From an uncultured Advenella sp. (GTDB taxonomy: Bacteria > Pseudomonadota > Gammaproteobacteria > Burkholderiales > Burkholderiaceae_B), in assembly GCA_964588255.1 (NCBI GenBank), contig CAZPNE010000002.1:15757-79756 (forward strand): a stretch of DNA of 64,000 bases, written 5' to 3'. Each line of letters starts with the position of its first letter. The stretch's first letter is position 1. Position numbers and translations under genes: made by a program. Shown here one piece after another: positions 20,207-30,805 of this stretch. The notes under the pieces are model-generated. The model searched no databases. It was not told the origin of the DNA and saw only the letters and a program-made list of their open reading frames with translations.

Positions 20207-20341
20207 TTATTGTTGGGGGGCCATTAAATTGGTAGGGGGCGGGACATCGGTGGGTACCGAAGGGGCACCATCATAAGTACCCTTGCTGGTGCAAGCGGCA
20301 AGTACGGTGGCAACAGCTAGCAGAAGTAGTTTGTTTTTCAT
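20207..20341 (-). CDS. 44-aa lipoprotein (not in ORF track)
   Basis: Hand translation MKNKLLLLAVATVLAACTSKGTYDGAPSVPTDVPPPTNLMAPQQ*: basic N-terminus, hydrophobic core, LAAC lipobox. Confidence 0.75.
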   Translation of the reverse strand: MKNKLLLLAVATVLAACTSKGTYDGAPSVPTDVPPPTNLMAPQQ

Positions 20342-20426
20342 GATTTATAATGGATAGTATGTATAAAGTATTTGGTTTGTGCTTTGAGCATAGCCGTCTA
20401 TTGTAATCCAATTTAAGGCCCGCTTT

Positions 20427-21494
20427 TTGATGATGCGCAAGATTATTCATGTTGACATGGATGCCTTCTATGCTTCTGTTGAACTTAGGGAAAATCCATC
20501 GTTGCAAGGCAAGCCAGTAGTGGTTGCCTGGGATAGTGGCCGCTCGGTTATTTGTGCTGCGTCTTATGAGGCCAGGAAATACGGGTTGCGTTCGGCCATG
20601 TCGGTCACCAAGGCCAGGCAGTTATGTCCGCAGGCTATTTATATCCCCCCTAATTTTGATCTTTACCGCACCGTTTCAAGACAGGTCAAGTCTGTTTTTG
20701 AGCATTACACCAACAAGATTGAACCCCTGTCATTAGACGAGGCCTATCTGGATGTGACGGTAAATTTCAAGAACCTGCCTTCTGCAACCGCAGTGGCCAA
20801 TGCTATCCGGGCGGATATTTTTTCGCTAACGGGCTTAACGGCATCTGCGGGTGTGGCACCGAACAAATTTCTGGCAAAAATTGCCTCTGACTGGCGCAAG
20901 CCCAATGGTATTTTTGTGGTTTCACCTGCCAAGGTACAAGATTTTCTTGCACCCCTGCCTTTACAGAAAATTCCCGGCGTGGGTAAAGTTACCTTGGCCA
21001 AGTTCCATAAATTAGGCATGTTTACGGTAAGTGATCTTTTGCATTTTAGCGATGCCGAGCTGGTGTTCCATTTTGGAAAATTCGGGTATCGTCTGTATCA
21101 ACTGGCACGTGGGATTGATGAGCGTCCGGTAGAGTCCAACCAGCCAGCCCAGCAAATTTCAACCGAAACCACCTTTGATGACGACATTCTGTTTGAGCAG
21201 ATTGAAGTGCCCCTGACGGCATTGTGTGCCAAGTTATGGGGGCAATTGCTTAAAAAGAAAAAATTTGGCTGTACGGTTACCTTAAAGCTGAAAACAAATT
21301 CGTTTCGCATTATTACCCGCTCAAGAACATTTTCTGTGCCCTTGCAGGGTCAAGCACATCTGGTACAGGCTGGCCTGTCATTGCTTGAAAGGGTGGATGA
21401 GGATATCAAGAGCCACAAGTTTCGTCTGGCGGGTATCGGTGTAAGTCATTTTCCCGAGGAGCAGCAAAGCGGACAGCAGCTGTCCCTGCTGTAA
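20427..21494 (+). CDS. dinB: DNA polymerase IV
   Basis: RKIIHVDMDAFYASVE, SYEAR, SLDEAYLD and KFLAKIASDWRKPNG motifs. Start may be ATG 20430 or 20433. Confidence 0.96.
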   Translation: MMMRKIIHVDMDAFYASVELRENPSLQGKPVVVAWDSGRSVICAASYEARKYGLRSAMSVTKARQLCPQAIYIPPNFDLYRTVSRQVKSVFEHYTNKIEPLSLDEAYLDVTVNFKNLPSATAVANAIRADIFSLTGLTASAGVAPNKFLAKIASDWRKPNGIFVVSPAKVQDFLAPLPLQKIPGVGKVTLAKFHKLGMFTVSDLLHFSDAELVFHFGKFGYRLYQLARGIDERPVESNQPAQQISTETTFDDDILFEQIEVPLTALCAKLWGQLLKKKKFGCTVTLKLKTNSFRIITRSRTFSVPLQGQAHLVQAGLSLLERVDEDIKSHKFRLAGIGVSHFPEEQQSGQQLSLL

Positions 21495-21495
21495 G

Positions 21496-21954
21496 TTACA
21501 TCAGGCGGGCTTTGAGTTGTTTGGACAGTTCGGACATGTCCGCACGGCCGGTCAGTTTTTGCTTGATGATAGCCATGGCTTTGCCCATCGCCGGGGCGCC
21601 GCTTACACCTTGTGCAGCGACCTCTTCAATGGCAGCGGTAATCACGGCAATAACTTCTTCCGGGCTGGCCTGTTCGGGCAAAAATTCGGCCAGTACTTGC
21701 ATTTCGGCTTTTTCTGCTTCGGCGGTTTCGGTACGACCGGCTTTTTCGTAGGCGGCAATAGACTCTTTTCTTTGTTTTATTTGCTTTTCAACAATGGCCA
21801 GAATATCGTCGTCGGACAGTTCTTTGCGTTCATCTACCTCTTTTTGCTTGATGGCGGCCTGCAACAGACGCAAGGTGCCCAGGCGCTCGGACTGTTTGGC
21901 GCGCATTGCCTTTTTAATTTCTTCGGAGATGGTTTGTTTTAAAGAATCAGACAT
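21496..21954 (-). CDS. GatB/YqeY domain protein
   Basis: KQRKESIxxYxxAGR and MGKAM motifs of YqeY. Confidence 0.9.
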   Translation of the reverse strand: MSDSLKQTISEEIKKAMRAKQSERLGTLRLLQAAIKQKEVDERKELSDDDILAIVEKQIKQRKESIAAYEKAGRTETAEAEKAEMQVLAEFLPEQASPEEVIAVITAAIEEVAAQGVSGAPAMGKAMAIIKQKLTGRADMSELSKQLKARLM

Positions 21955-22017
21955 GAAAATTCCAGGGGAATGTTAAAATAGGACTATATTATTACGCAGT
22001 TTTTTATAGGCATCAAC

Positions 22018-22743
22018 ATGACAGAGCTGGTAACCGAAAGAATACTTGTTCCCGAAAATACCGACATCAGGCAATTGTTTATTATTTTTTTTGATGATAT
22101 GCGGCAAAAAGATAATCTTGATGTGCTGGTGCAACAAATATGCAAAAACTTTGAAAATGCCGCGGTGGCGGTGGTTTGCCATTATCCGGTCCAGGCAAGT
22201 AAACCCAATTCCTGGGAAGTAAAGCTGTTGCAGCACTCAGCGCTGACCGAAGCGGAATTAAGCCAAATGGTTGCGCAAAGTGGTGAGCAATATCTGGCTT
22301 ATATCAACAGTAAACAACAGGAGTTTGGTCTTGCTGAACAGGCAACCGCCATTATTGGTGCTGGCTATGCCGCCAGTGTCGTACTTGAATTAACCAAGGC
22401 TGAACAGGTTCCGGCCGGCCGGGTGATTACGTTTGGTGGACGGTACGTACAATTGCCCTCATCCCTGTCTATCGAGCAGACGATTCATTTATTGCATGCC
22501 GATGAAGATGAAAGAGTCCATGTGCATTTTGCCCGTGATACGCATCTTCATATAGATCAAATACAGGGTGATGCAACGGTAGATATTGCCAACAAGACAA
22601 AAAATTCACTAGACCCGGTGCTTAGTAAAAGAATGATAGAGCGGCTGCAGACCTGTGTACCTTTGCGGTATTGGCAAGAAGCCGAAGGGGGCGAGTATGA
22701 ATTGCGTGAAACGGGTCCCGATTCTGATGACACGATTCATTGA
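22018..22743 (+). CDS. YpfH-like alpha/beta-hydrolase fold protein, catalytic motifs degenerate
   Basis: ATAIIGAGYAASVVLE, AGRVITFGGRY and TIHLLHADEDERV track the YpfH/carboxylesterase pattern, but the GxSxG serine is missing. Confidence 0.65.
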   Translation: MTELVTERILVPENTDIRQLFIIFFDDMRQKDNLDVLVQQICKNFENAAVAVVCHYPVQASKPNSWEVKLLQHSALTEAELSQMVAQSGEQYLAYINSKQQEFGLAEQATAIIGAGYAASVVLELTKAEQVPAGRVITFGGRYVQLPSSLSIEQTIHLLHADEDERVHVHFARDTHLHIDQIQGDATVDIANKTKNSLDPVLSKRMIERLQTCVPLRYWQEAEGGEYELRETGPDSDDTIH

Positions 22744-22760
22744 TATGGTTTTTTGTATAT

Positions 22761-22796
22761 AAAAAAATCCCCGGTTTGTGCCGGGGATTTGTTTTT
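22761..22796. terminator. Bidirectional intrinsic terminator
   Basis: AAATCCCCGG/CCGGGGATTT stem flanked by A and T tracts, between convergent genes. Confidence 0.85.
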
Positions 22797-22848
22797 GCTG
22801 ATAGTTATATCGCTCTTAAACGGTTAATAACCATTAAAAAAATTTATC

Positions 22849-23742
22849 TTAGAGCAAAGTGGGGTAATCGCTTTGTACCAAATGGCGTACCCGGACTGCA
22901 TCGGCAAAGCGGGTAAGGCGGCCTTGTGAGTTTAGCAACACAACGGCAACCGGGCGGCCGTCCATTTGTGTTTTCATGACCAGACAATCACCAGACTCCC
23001 TGATATAGCCGGTTTTTGAAATTTGGATTTTCCAGTTGGAATTTCTGATAAGACGATTGGTGTTTTTGTATTTTTGTGTTTTTCCACGGCTGGTTACTAT
23101 TTCATATTCATCGCTGGTGGAAAGCTGGCGAATAATTGGCTGTTCAGACGTAGCCTGAATTAACCTGACCAAATCACGGGGTGAAGAGACGTTCATGGGT
23201 GACAGGCCGGTAGGTTCCACGAAGCGACTTCTGGTCATGCCAAGTGAACGGGCTTGTGCGTTCATTTCACGTACAAAGGCTTCCATGCCACCTGGATAGG
23301 TACGGCCCAAGGCATGGGCAGCCCGGTTTTCAGAGGACATGAGTGCCAGATGCAGCAATTCTTTACGGGTTAGTGTAGTGCCAACACTTAATCTTGAACT
23401 GGAATTCTTGAAGCGGTCGACATCGGCATCAATAATTTGAATTTGCTCATTCATGGGCAAATGCGCTTTGGCGATGACCAAGGCAGTCATGAGTTTACTA
23501 ATGGAGGCAATGGGGCGTATGGCATCGCTATTTTTAGAAAACAGCACTTGATTCGACTCAAGATCAACCACGTAGGCCACTTCTGATTTAAGTGAGGCGC
23601 CACTATCGGCAATGCCTGTTACATTTGGAGCGGAAATGAGTTTTCCGGGTGTTTGGGCATGGACCACAGGGGCCAGCTGCATACTGAAAGCACAAAATGC
23701 CCCCAAGCATGCTGACAGGGTTTTGTTCAGGTATTTTCGCAT
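22849..23742 (-). CDS. pbpG: D-alanyl-D-alanine endopeptidase (PBP7, peptidase S11)
   Basis: SISK (SxxK), SEN (SxN) and KTG motifs; signal peptide. Confidence 0.88.
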   Translation of the reverse strand: MRKYLNKTLSACLGAFCAFSMQLAPVVHAQTPGKLISAPNVTGIADSGASLKSEVAYVVDLESNQVLFSKNSDAIRPIASISKLMTALVIAKAHLPMNEQIQIIDADVDRFKNSSSRLSVGTTLTRKELLHLALMSSENRAAHALGRTYPGGMEAFVREMNAQARSLGMTRSRFVEPTGLSPMNVSSPRDLVRLIQATSEQPIIRQLSTSDEYEIVTSRGKTQKYKNTNRLIRNSNWKIQISKTGYIRESGDCLVMKTQMDGRPVAVVLLNSQGRLTRFADAVRVRHLVQSDYPTLL

Positions 23743-24078
23743 AGTAAAGGATACATATAATTAGAATAGGGTCATGTTGATTATAGAATTTAAAAGAAAA
23801 AAAGTATATATATTAAATAGTTAGCGGGACTTTCTAAATTCATTATTAAGAGATTTGGAATATGGGACAGGTTTGATTTATAAGACTTTTTTTATGGGTG
23901 GCGTAAAGGCCTGCTCCCGTATTAAATTGTAATTTATTGTAATAACGGGGTATGAGCATGGAAATCCTAAATGGTCTTGCCAATATTTTTGCCCCTGAGG
24001 GGTTTTTCCGAGAGCCAATCGCCAAGGCAGGCTAAAATGGAAGCTTTCCATCCAGCTTGTTTTTTTGTGAACAAAAAC

Positions 24079-27000
24079 GTGTCTATTTACCAATTTATTC
24101 CCGGTTCTTCAGTGTTGTCTGCGTTTAAACGCGAACGTCTTCTTTCCAAAATGAAATCGGTGGGCATTCCCATTGCCAATCTGGTGGCTCGCTATGAACA
24201 CCATGTGCTTAGTGAGCAAGCGCTTACAGAAGCCGAACAGCAGCGCCTGAAACAATTGCTTGACTATGGTCGCCCTGTCAATGTTGAAGACATTCAGGAT
24301 AAAAAAACAGTCAGTTTGCGGGTGTTGCCGCGTTTGGGCACCATTTCTCCATGGGCCAGCAAGGCGACTGATATCGCCCATAATTGCGGTTTGTATGGCA
24401 TTAAAAGAATTGAGCGTGGTATTGAGTATCTGCTGATTCCTGAAAAAGGCTTGCTGGGTAGCAAACAGTTTACCGAAGCGCATCTTGGCAGCATTGCCGC
24501 CATGTTGCATGACCGTATGACAGAAACCGTGGTGGATGTCGAGTTTGACGGACAGGCCCTGTTCAGGACACTTGAAGGCAAGCCCTTGCAAACGGTGGCC
24601 GTGTTGGCGCAGGGTAAAGCGGCGCTTGAAAAGGCCAACACCGAATTGGGTCTGGCATTGTCCGAAGATGAAATTGAGTATCTGGTGGATGCATTTGCAA
24701 CACTTGGACGTGATCCTACCGATGTTGAACTGATGATGTTTGCACAGGCCAACAGTGAACATTGCCGGCACAAGATATTCAACGCCAAGTGGAAAATCAA
24801 TGGCGAAGATAAAGAAAAGACGCTATTTGGCATGATTCGTGAAACCCATGCGGCCCAGCCGCTGGGTACCGTGGTTGCTTATTCCGACAACTCGGCCATT
24901 ATGGAAGGTGGTGTTGCCCAGCGTTTCTATCCTGATACGGAACAAGCCGGTCCGGGTAAATACGCTTCGCATGAGCGTCTTACCCATGTTCTCATGAAAG
25001 TGGAAACCCACAACCACCCAACCGCTATTGCGCCGTTTCCCGGTGCCGCTACCGGGGCAGGTGGTGAAATCCGCGATGAGGGCGCGACCGGACGCGGTTC
25101 AAAACCCAAGGCGGGGCTTACCGGTTTTACGGTTTCCAATCTTCAGTTTGATGACGCCCCTGAAACCTGGGAAAAAGACTCTCATGGCGCACCAGACCGT
25201 ATTGCCACACCACTGGATATCATGATAGATGGCCCTATTGGGGGCGCCGCCTTCAATAATGAGTTTGGCCGTCCCAATTTGCTGGGTTACTTCCGGGTTT
25301 ATGAACAAACTGTTGCCGGACAAAAATGGGGATATCACAAACCAATCATGCTGGCAGGGGGCATGGGCGCTATCGATGCCAGCCAAACACATAAAAACCA
25401 AATTCCACCCGGTGCCTTACTGGTTCAGCTGGGTGGTCCGGGCATGCGTATCGGCATGGGCGGCAGTGCCGCTTCCAGTATGGGTGTGGGTGCCAACTCG
25501 GCTCAGCTGGATTTTGATTCCGTGCAGCGTGGCAACCCCGAACTGGAGCGTCGTGCCCAGGAAGTGATTGATGCCTGCTGGCAGCAACTGGACAACAACC
25601 CGATTATTGCCATTCATGATGTGGGCGCGGGTGGTTTATCCAATGCCTTCCCTGAGCTGGTCAATGATGCCGGCCGTGGTGCCATTTTTGATTTGCAACG
25701 GGTCAATCTTGAAGAGTCCGGTTTGTCTGCGGCGGAAATCTGGAGTAACGAGGCCCAGGAACGCTATGTGCTTTCCATTCTGCCCGAAGACCTGCCGCGT
25801 TTTGATGCGCTGGCCAAGCGTGAGCGATGCCCGTATGCGGTGGTTGGTGTTGCTACTGAAGATCGTGTGCTGCGCGTCACCAATGGGGAAGGGCTTCCCG
25901 GTGAAGCTGACACCACGTCGCTGGATGCCGCTACCGAACTGCGCCCGGTCGATGTGCCCATTGACGTGATTTTGGGCAAGCCGCCACGTATGTTCCGTGA
26001 TGTCACCCGGGTTCAGTTAAGCGAAGAACCCATTGATGTCACCGGTCTTGATTTTGATATGGTTTGCCGCCAGGTGATGCGTCATCCCACCGTGGCCAAT
26101 AAAACATTCCTGATTACCATTGGCGACCGTTCGGTAGGCGGGTTAAATGCCCGCGACCAGATGGTGGGGCCATGGCAGGTGCCGGTGGCTGATTGTGCGG
26201 TGACGCTGGCTGATTACGAAGGCTATCGTGGTGAAGCCATGGCACTGGGTGAACGTTCACCGCTGGCCATTATCAATGCCCCGGCTTCAGGTCGCATGTC
26301 GATTGCAGAAGCCCTTACCAACCTGGCCGCCGCTGACGTGGCCAAGCTTGAAGACATCAAACTTTCCGCCAACTGGATGGCTGCTTGTGGTGTAGAGGGC
26401 CAGGATGCCGCTTTGTACGATACGGTACAGGCCATTAGTGAACTGTGCCAAGAGGTTGGCCTTGCCATTCCGGTCGGTAAAGACTCCTTGTCCATGCGGA
26501 CCAGTTGGGAAGAAAACAATGAACAGAAACAGGTGGTTTCACCCGTTTCCCTGGTGGTGACCGCTTTTGCACCGGTTAACGATGCGCGTCAAACCCTAAC
26601 CCCGCAACTGGTTACCGATCAGGGTAATACCTCCCTGATTCTTATCGATCTGGGTTTTGGTAAAAACCGTCTGGGTGGTTCGGTTCTGTCAAATGTCATC
26701 AATCAGTATGGCAATGAAGTCCCCGATCTTGACGACCCCGAATTGCTGCGCAAGTTCTTTGTGACCATTCGCGCACTGGCGCAAGATGGCACTATTCTTG
26801 CCTACCATGACCGCTCCGATGGTGGCTTGCTGGCAACAGTCAGTGAAATGGCCTTTGCCGGACATACCGGTGTTTCCATTAACCTGGATATGCTGACTTT
26901 TGACCAGAACGTGGCCGATTGGGGTGATTACAAAATTCGCCCCGAACAGGTAGCCGTGCAGCGTGATGAAAGCACTATTAAGGCCTTGTTTAATGAAGAG

Positions 27001-28122
27001 GCAGGGGCCGTTATCCAGGTGCGTGCTTCTGATCGTGATGCGGTATTGCAGGTGTTGCGTGCAGCTGGCTTGTCTTTGTGCTCTCATGTTATTGGCGGCT
27101 TAAATACCCATGACGAGATCGAATTTTACCGGGATGGCAAGCGCATTTTCGGTTTTGACCGTGCCGGACTGGGTAAAGAATGGAGCGAAGTCAGCTATCA
27201 AATCATGAAGCGTCGTGATAATCCCGCTTGTGCTGTAGCCGAACTTGGTGTTTGGGACGATAAGTCAGATCCGGGTTTCACGCCTAAAGTGAATTTCAAC
27301 CCTCAGGAAAATATTGCCGCTCCTTTCATTAATACGGGTGCGCGTCCAAAATTGGCCGTACTGCGTGAGCAGGGTTGTAATAGCCATGTGGAAATGGCCT
27401 GGGCCTTTTCCAAGGCTGGTTTTGATGCCTACGATATTCACATGACCGACTTGCTCAGTGGTAAAGCCAACCTGTCAGATGTACAGGGTCTGGTTGCTGT
27501 GGGTGGCTTCAGTTATGGTGACGTTTTGGGAGCCGGTGAAGGCTGGGCTCGCACCATCCGCTTCAATGATCAACTTTCAGAGCAGTTTGAAGCTTATTTT
27601 GCGCGTCCTGACGTTTTTGCCCTGGGTGTATGTAATGGCTGCCAGATGATGGCAACCCTGTCTTCCATGATTCCGGGTGCTGACTTCTGGCCAAAATTCA
27701 CGTATAACCAGTCTGCCAAATATGAAGCCCGCCTGACCATGGTGGAAATTGCCAATTCACCTTCTATTTTCTTCAAGGGTATGGAAGGGACACAATTGCC
27801 TATTGCGGTTGCGCACGGAGAGGGTTATGCCAATTTTGCCGAGCAGGGCAACAAAGAGAAGGTGCTGACCAGCGTGCGTTATGTGAATAACCATGGCCAG
27901 ATTACTGAATCTTATCCTGCCAACCCCAATGGCAGTCCTTATGGGTTGGCTGGTGTAACAACGGCAGATGGCCGCTTTGGCATCATGATGCCTCACCCCG
28001 AGCGGGTAACCCGTAATGTCATGATGTCCTGGGCCCCGGAGTCCTGGGGTAGCAAAGATGAAGGCGGTGATTACACACCCTGGATGCGCATGTTCATGAA
28101 CGCCAGGGTAGCCTTGGGCTAA
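24079..28122 (+). CDS. purL: Phosphoribosylformylglycinamidine synthase (large PurL)
   Basis: [30 protein letters not shown] and MPHPER motifs; likely GTG start at 24079. Confidence 0.98.
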   Translation: MSIYQFIPGSSVLSAFKRERLLSKMKSVGIPIANLVARYEHHVLSEQALTEAEQQRLKQLLDYGRPVNVEDIQDKKTVSLRVLPRLGTISPWASKATDIAHNCGLYGIKRIERGIEYLLIPEKGLLGSKQFTEAHLGSIAAMLHDRMTETVVDVEFDGQALFRTLEGKPLQTVAVLAQGKAALEKANTELGLALSEDEIEYLVDAFATLGRDPTDVELMMFAQANSEHCRHKIFNAKWKINGEDKEKTLFGMIRETHAAQPLGTVVAYSDNSAIMEGGVAQRFYPDTEQAGPGKYASHERLTHVLMKVETHNHPTAIAPFPGAATGAGGEIRDEGATGRGSKPKAGLTGFTVSNLQFDDAPETWEKDSHGAPDRIATPLDIMIDGPIGGAAFNNEFGRPNLLGYFRVYEQTVAGQKWGYHKPIMLAGGMGAIDASQTHKNQIPPGALLVQLGGPGMRIGMGGSAASSMGVGANSAQLDFDSVQRGNPELERRAQEVIDACWQQLDNNPIIAIHDVGAGGLSNAFPELVNDAGRGAIFDLQRVNLEESGLSAAEIWSNEAQERYVLSILPEDLPRFDALAKRERCPYAVVGVATEDRVLRVTNGEGLPGEADTTSLDAATELRPVDVPIDVILGKPPRMFRDVTRVQLSEEPIDVTGLDFDMVCRQVMRHPTVANKTFLITIGDRSVGGLNARDQMVGPWQVPVADCAVTLADYEGYRGEAMALGERSPLAIINAPASGRMSIAEALTNLAAADVAKLEDIKLSANWMAACGVEGQDAALYDTVQAISELCQEVGLAIPVGKDSLSMRTSWEENNEQKQVVSPVSLVVTAFAPVNDARQTLTPQLVTDQGNTSLILIDLGFGKNRLGGSVLSNVINQYGNEVPDLDDPELLRKFFVTIRALAQDGTILAYHDRSDGGLLATVSEMAFAGHTGVSINLDMLTFDQNVADWGDYKIRPEQVAVQRDESTIKALFNEEAGAVIQVRASDRDAVLQVLRAAGLSLCSHVIGGLNTHDEIEFYRDGKRIFGFDRAGLGKEWSEVSYQIMKRRDNPACAVAELGVWDDKSDPGFTPKVNFNPQENIAAPFINTGARPKLAVLREQGCNSHVEMAWAFSKAGFDAYDIHMTDLLSGKANLSDVQGLVAVGGFSYGDVLGAGEGWARTIRFNDQLSEQFEAYFARPDVFALGVCNGCQMMATLSSMIPGADFWPKFTYNQSAKYEARLTMVEIANSPSIFFKGMEGTQLPIAVAHGEGYANFAEQGNKEKVLTSVRYVNNHGQITESYPANPNGSPYGLAGVTTADGRFGIMMPHPERVTRNVMMSWAPESWGSKDEGGDYTPWMRMFMNARVALG

Positions 28123-28164
28123 ACTGGTTTTTCTGCTTATCCGCCGCGGTTAAGAAGAAGAATG

Positions 28165-28216
28165 CCCATTTACTCAATTTGCAAGTAAACTGCTTATTGA
28201 TAAATGGGTTTTTTTT
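28165..28216 (+). terminator. purL terminator
   Basis: CCCATTTA...TAAATGGG extended stem followed by T8. Confidence 0.7.
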
Positions 28217-28289
28217 ATAGTGATGCGCTCAATGACTTGAGTGCGTTATCCCTTAAGCGTATAATCTTGTTTTGCGCCCGGAGTCTTTC

Positions 28290-29750
28290 ATGCGTTTAGT
28301 TCAAAAAGCGCTTACCTTTGATGATGTTTTATTGGTACCTGCGTATTCCAATGTGTTGCCGCGCGACACCTCTCTTAAAACCAAATTAACCCGTAATATC
28401 AGCCTTCATATTCCGCTTGTGTCGGCCGCCATGGATACCGTCACCGAGTCGCGTCTTGCTATTGCAATGGCCCAGGAAGGCGGTATTGGTATTATTCATA
28501 AAAACATGACTGCCGATGAGCAGGCCCGTGAAGTGGCCCGAGTCAAGCGTCATGAGTTCGGAATTGTCATTGATCCCATCACGGTCACGCCAACCATGAC
28601 TGTTCGTGATGCCATCGCATTGCAAAAACAAAACGGTATTTCAGGTTTGCCGGTTGTTGAAAATGGCAAGCTGGTCGGTATTGTCACTAACCGTGACCTG
28701 CGTTTCGAAGACCGCTACGACGAACCCATCAAAAATGTCATGACACCGCAAGATCGTTTGGTCACCATGCATGAAGGCAGTACGCTTGATGAAGCCCAAA
28801 CCCTGATGCATAAACACCGTTTGGAACGTGTGTTGATTGTGAATGATAATTTTGAATTGAGTGGTTTGGCTACCGTTAAAGATATCGTTAAAAACACTGA
28901 ACATCCCTTTGCCTGCAAAGACGCTTTCGGTCAGTTGCGTGTTGGCGCTGCCGTGGGTGTTGGTGAGGGCACCGAAGAGCGTGTGGCTAAACTGGCTGCC
29001 GCTGGCGTTGATGTCATTATTGTTGATACCGCCCATGGTCACTCGCAAGGTGTCCTGGATCGCGTTCGTTGGGTCAAGCAAAACTATCCCAAGATCGATG
29101 TCATTGGTGGCAATATTGCTACGGCAGCTGCTGCCAAAGCGTTGGTTGAGGCCGGTGCCGATGGCGTAAAAGTGGGTATTGGTCCTGGTTCAATTTGTAC
29201 AACCCGTATTGTGGCTGGTGTTGGTGTTCCACAAATCACTGCGATTTCAGACGTTGCCAAGGCGCTTGACGGGACTGGTGTCCCTCTGATCGCCGATGGT
29301 GGTATCCGTTATTCCGGCGATGTTTCCAAAGCCCTGGTTGCTGGCGCCTACGCCTGCATGATGGGTGGTATGTTTGCCGGCACAGAAGAAGCACCCGGCG
29401 AAGTGGTTCTGTTTCAGGGTCGTTCGTACAAGTCTTATCGTGGTATGGGCAGTTTGGCCGCCATGGAAAAAGGCTCGGCAGACCGGTACTTCCAGGAAGC
29501 ATCCAACAATACCGATAAACTGGTTCCCGAAGGCATTGAAGGCCGTGTCCCTTACAAAGGTAGCGTGCTGGCCATTATTTACCAGTTGGTCGGTGGCATT
29601 CGTGCCTCCATGGGATATTGTGGTTGTGCCAGTATTGATGATATGCGCACTAAGCCCGAGTTCGTTGAAATCACCTCTGCAGGTGTTCGCGAGTCTCACG
29701 TTCATGATGTGCAAATTACCAAAGAAGCACCTAACTACCGCGCTGATTAA
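28290..29750 (+). CDS. guaB: IMP dehydrogenase
   Basis: [11 protein letters not shown] pair, [11 protein letters not shown] catalytic loop; ATG at 28290. Confidence 0.98.
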   Translation: MRLVQKALTFDDVLLVPAYSNVLPRDTSLKTKLTRNISLHIPLVSAAMDTVTESRLAIAMAQEGGIGIIHKNMTADEQAREVARVKRHEFGIVIDPITVTPTMTVRDAIALQKQNGISGLPVVENGKLVGIVTNRDLRFEDRYDEPIKNVMTPQDRLVTMHEGSTLDEAQTLMHKHRLERVLIVNDNFELSGLATVKDIVKNTEHPFACKDAFGQLRVGAAVGVGEGTEERVAKLAAAGVDVIIVDTAHGHSQGVLDRVRWVKQNYPKIDVIGGNIATAAAAKALVEAGADGVKVGIGPGSICTTRIVAGVGVPQITAISDVAKALDGTGVPLIADGGIRYSGDVSKALVAGAYACMMGGMFAGTEEAPGEVVLFQGRSYKSYRGMGSLAAMEKGSADRYFQEASNNTDKLVPEGIEGRVPYKGSVLAIIYQLVGGIRASMGYCGCASIDDMRTKPEFVEITSAGVRESHVHDVQITKEAPNYRAD

Positions 29751-29783
29751 TTCTGCTTAATCTCTGCCTGGCAGTTAAGGTAT

Positions 29784-29822
29784 AAAAAACCCTTCCGCAA
29801 ATTTTTTCGGAAGGGTTTTTTT
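29784..29822. terminator. Bidirectional terminator
   Basis: AAAAAACCCTTCCG/CGGAAGGGTTTTTTT between guaB and the convergent hydrolase gene. Confidence 0.88.
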
Positions 29823-29905
29823 ATTGGCTTTGACCGGTAAATACGCATTTCTACGGGCGAACAATCCGTGTCCAAATAATGGGTTCCAAGGGGTTCGGGT
29901 CGTGT

Positions 29906-30631
29906 TTAAAATGAAAGCAGTAAATCAGCCAGCAAGTGTGGATGGGTAAAGGGGGCGGCGTGAGAGGTGGGTAATTTCACGATGCTCCAGCCCTGCTGCT
30001 TTTTGGCCAGTACATGTGACGGGGCAACCGGGTCATAGGCTGGGTTGGTGCATTTGTAATAGGTGACGGGCAGATAATTGCCCAGCGGATGATGCAGTTC
30101 CAGCTTGCTTGCGTAGGTGCCAATCGGGTGGGGGGTAAGCAGGTCAGAAATCGTTTCTGTCGTCTTTTCGTCATCGGGGTAGCCCAGCAATACCGGCCTT
30201 GGTGAGGGCAGGGCCAGGCCGTTGCATTGGGTTGTCGCGATGTTTTTCAGCTTTTCAACCGCTTTGACCGGTAAGGTATCAAAAGGGGATTGACCATTTT
30301 CAACCAGGAAGCCATCCAGGAAAATCAATTGCCTGATGCTTTCAGGGATCCTGTCCGCCACCCCGCTAACGACCAGACCGCCAAAGCTGTGTCCCAGCAA
30401 TACTACATCGTTAAGGTTTTCCCATTTAAACAGGTTGACGATATCGGTAATAAAGGTTTCAAGCGTAATGCTTTCATTGAGTAAATGGGATCTTTCGCCC
30501 AGTCCGGTAAGGGTTGGCGTGTATACCCGGTGGCCTTGCTGGCGCAAGTGCTCTGCCAGTGTTTGCCAAACCCAGCCGCCATGCCAGGCACCATGTATCA
30601 GTACAAAGGTTGTCGGGGTGTATTCTGTCAT
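29906..30631 (-). CDS. Alpha/beta hydrolase (methylesterase/salicylate esterase-like)
   Basis: FVLIHGAWHGGW, GHSFGG nucleophile motif, C-terminal His (TSHA). Confidence 0.88.
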   Translation of the reverse strand: MTEYTPTTFVLIHGAWHGGWVWQTLAEHLRQQGHRVYTPTLTGLGERSHLLNESITLETFITDIVNLFKWENLNDVVLLGHSFGGLVVSGVADRIPESIRQLIFLDGFLVENGQSPFDTLPVKAVEKLKNIATTQCNGLALPSPRPVLLGYPDDEKTTETISDLLTPHPIGTYASKLELHHPLGNYLPVTYYKCTNPAYDPVAPSHVLAKKQQGWSIVKLPTSHAAPFTHPHLLADLLLSF

Positions 30632-30805
30632 GTTGTCTCCTAATATGGGTATTTATTTGTTTTTTTGAAAAAGACGTGTGGAAGGGCGGATCTAAATGTG
30701 TTTGCAGGGCAAAATACATTCATTCGATACTAGACTATACATTATAATTTAGGCTTTATCCTGTCTGTGCTTTTGGCACAAATTGCTACATTTAATGGTC
30801 TTTAT

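Noticed and set aside
20342-20430. Expected LexA (SOS) box upstream of dinB
   Set aside because: No CTGT-N8-ACAG match is visible, so none was annotated.
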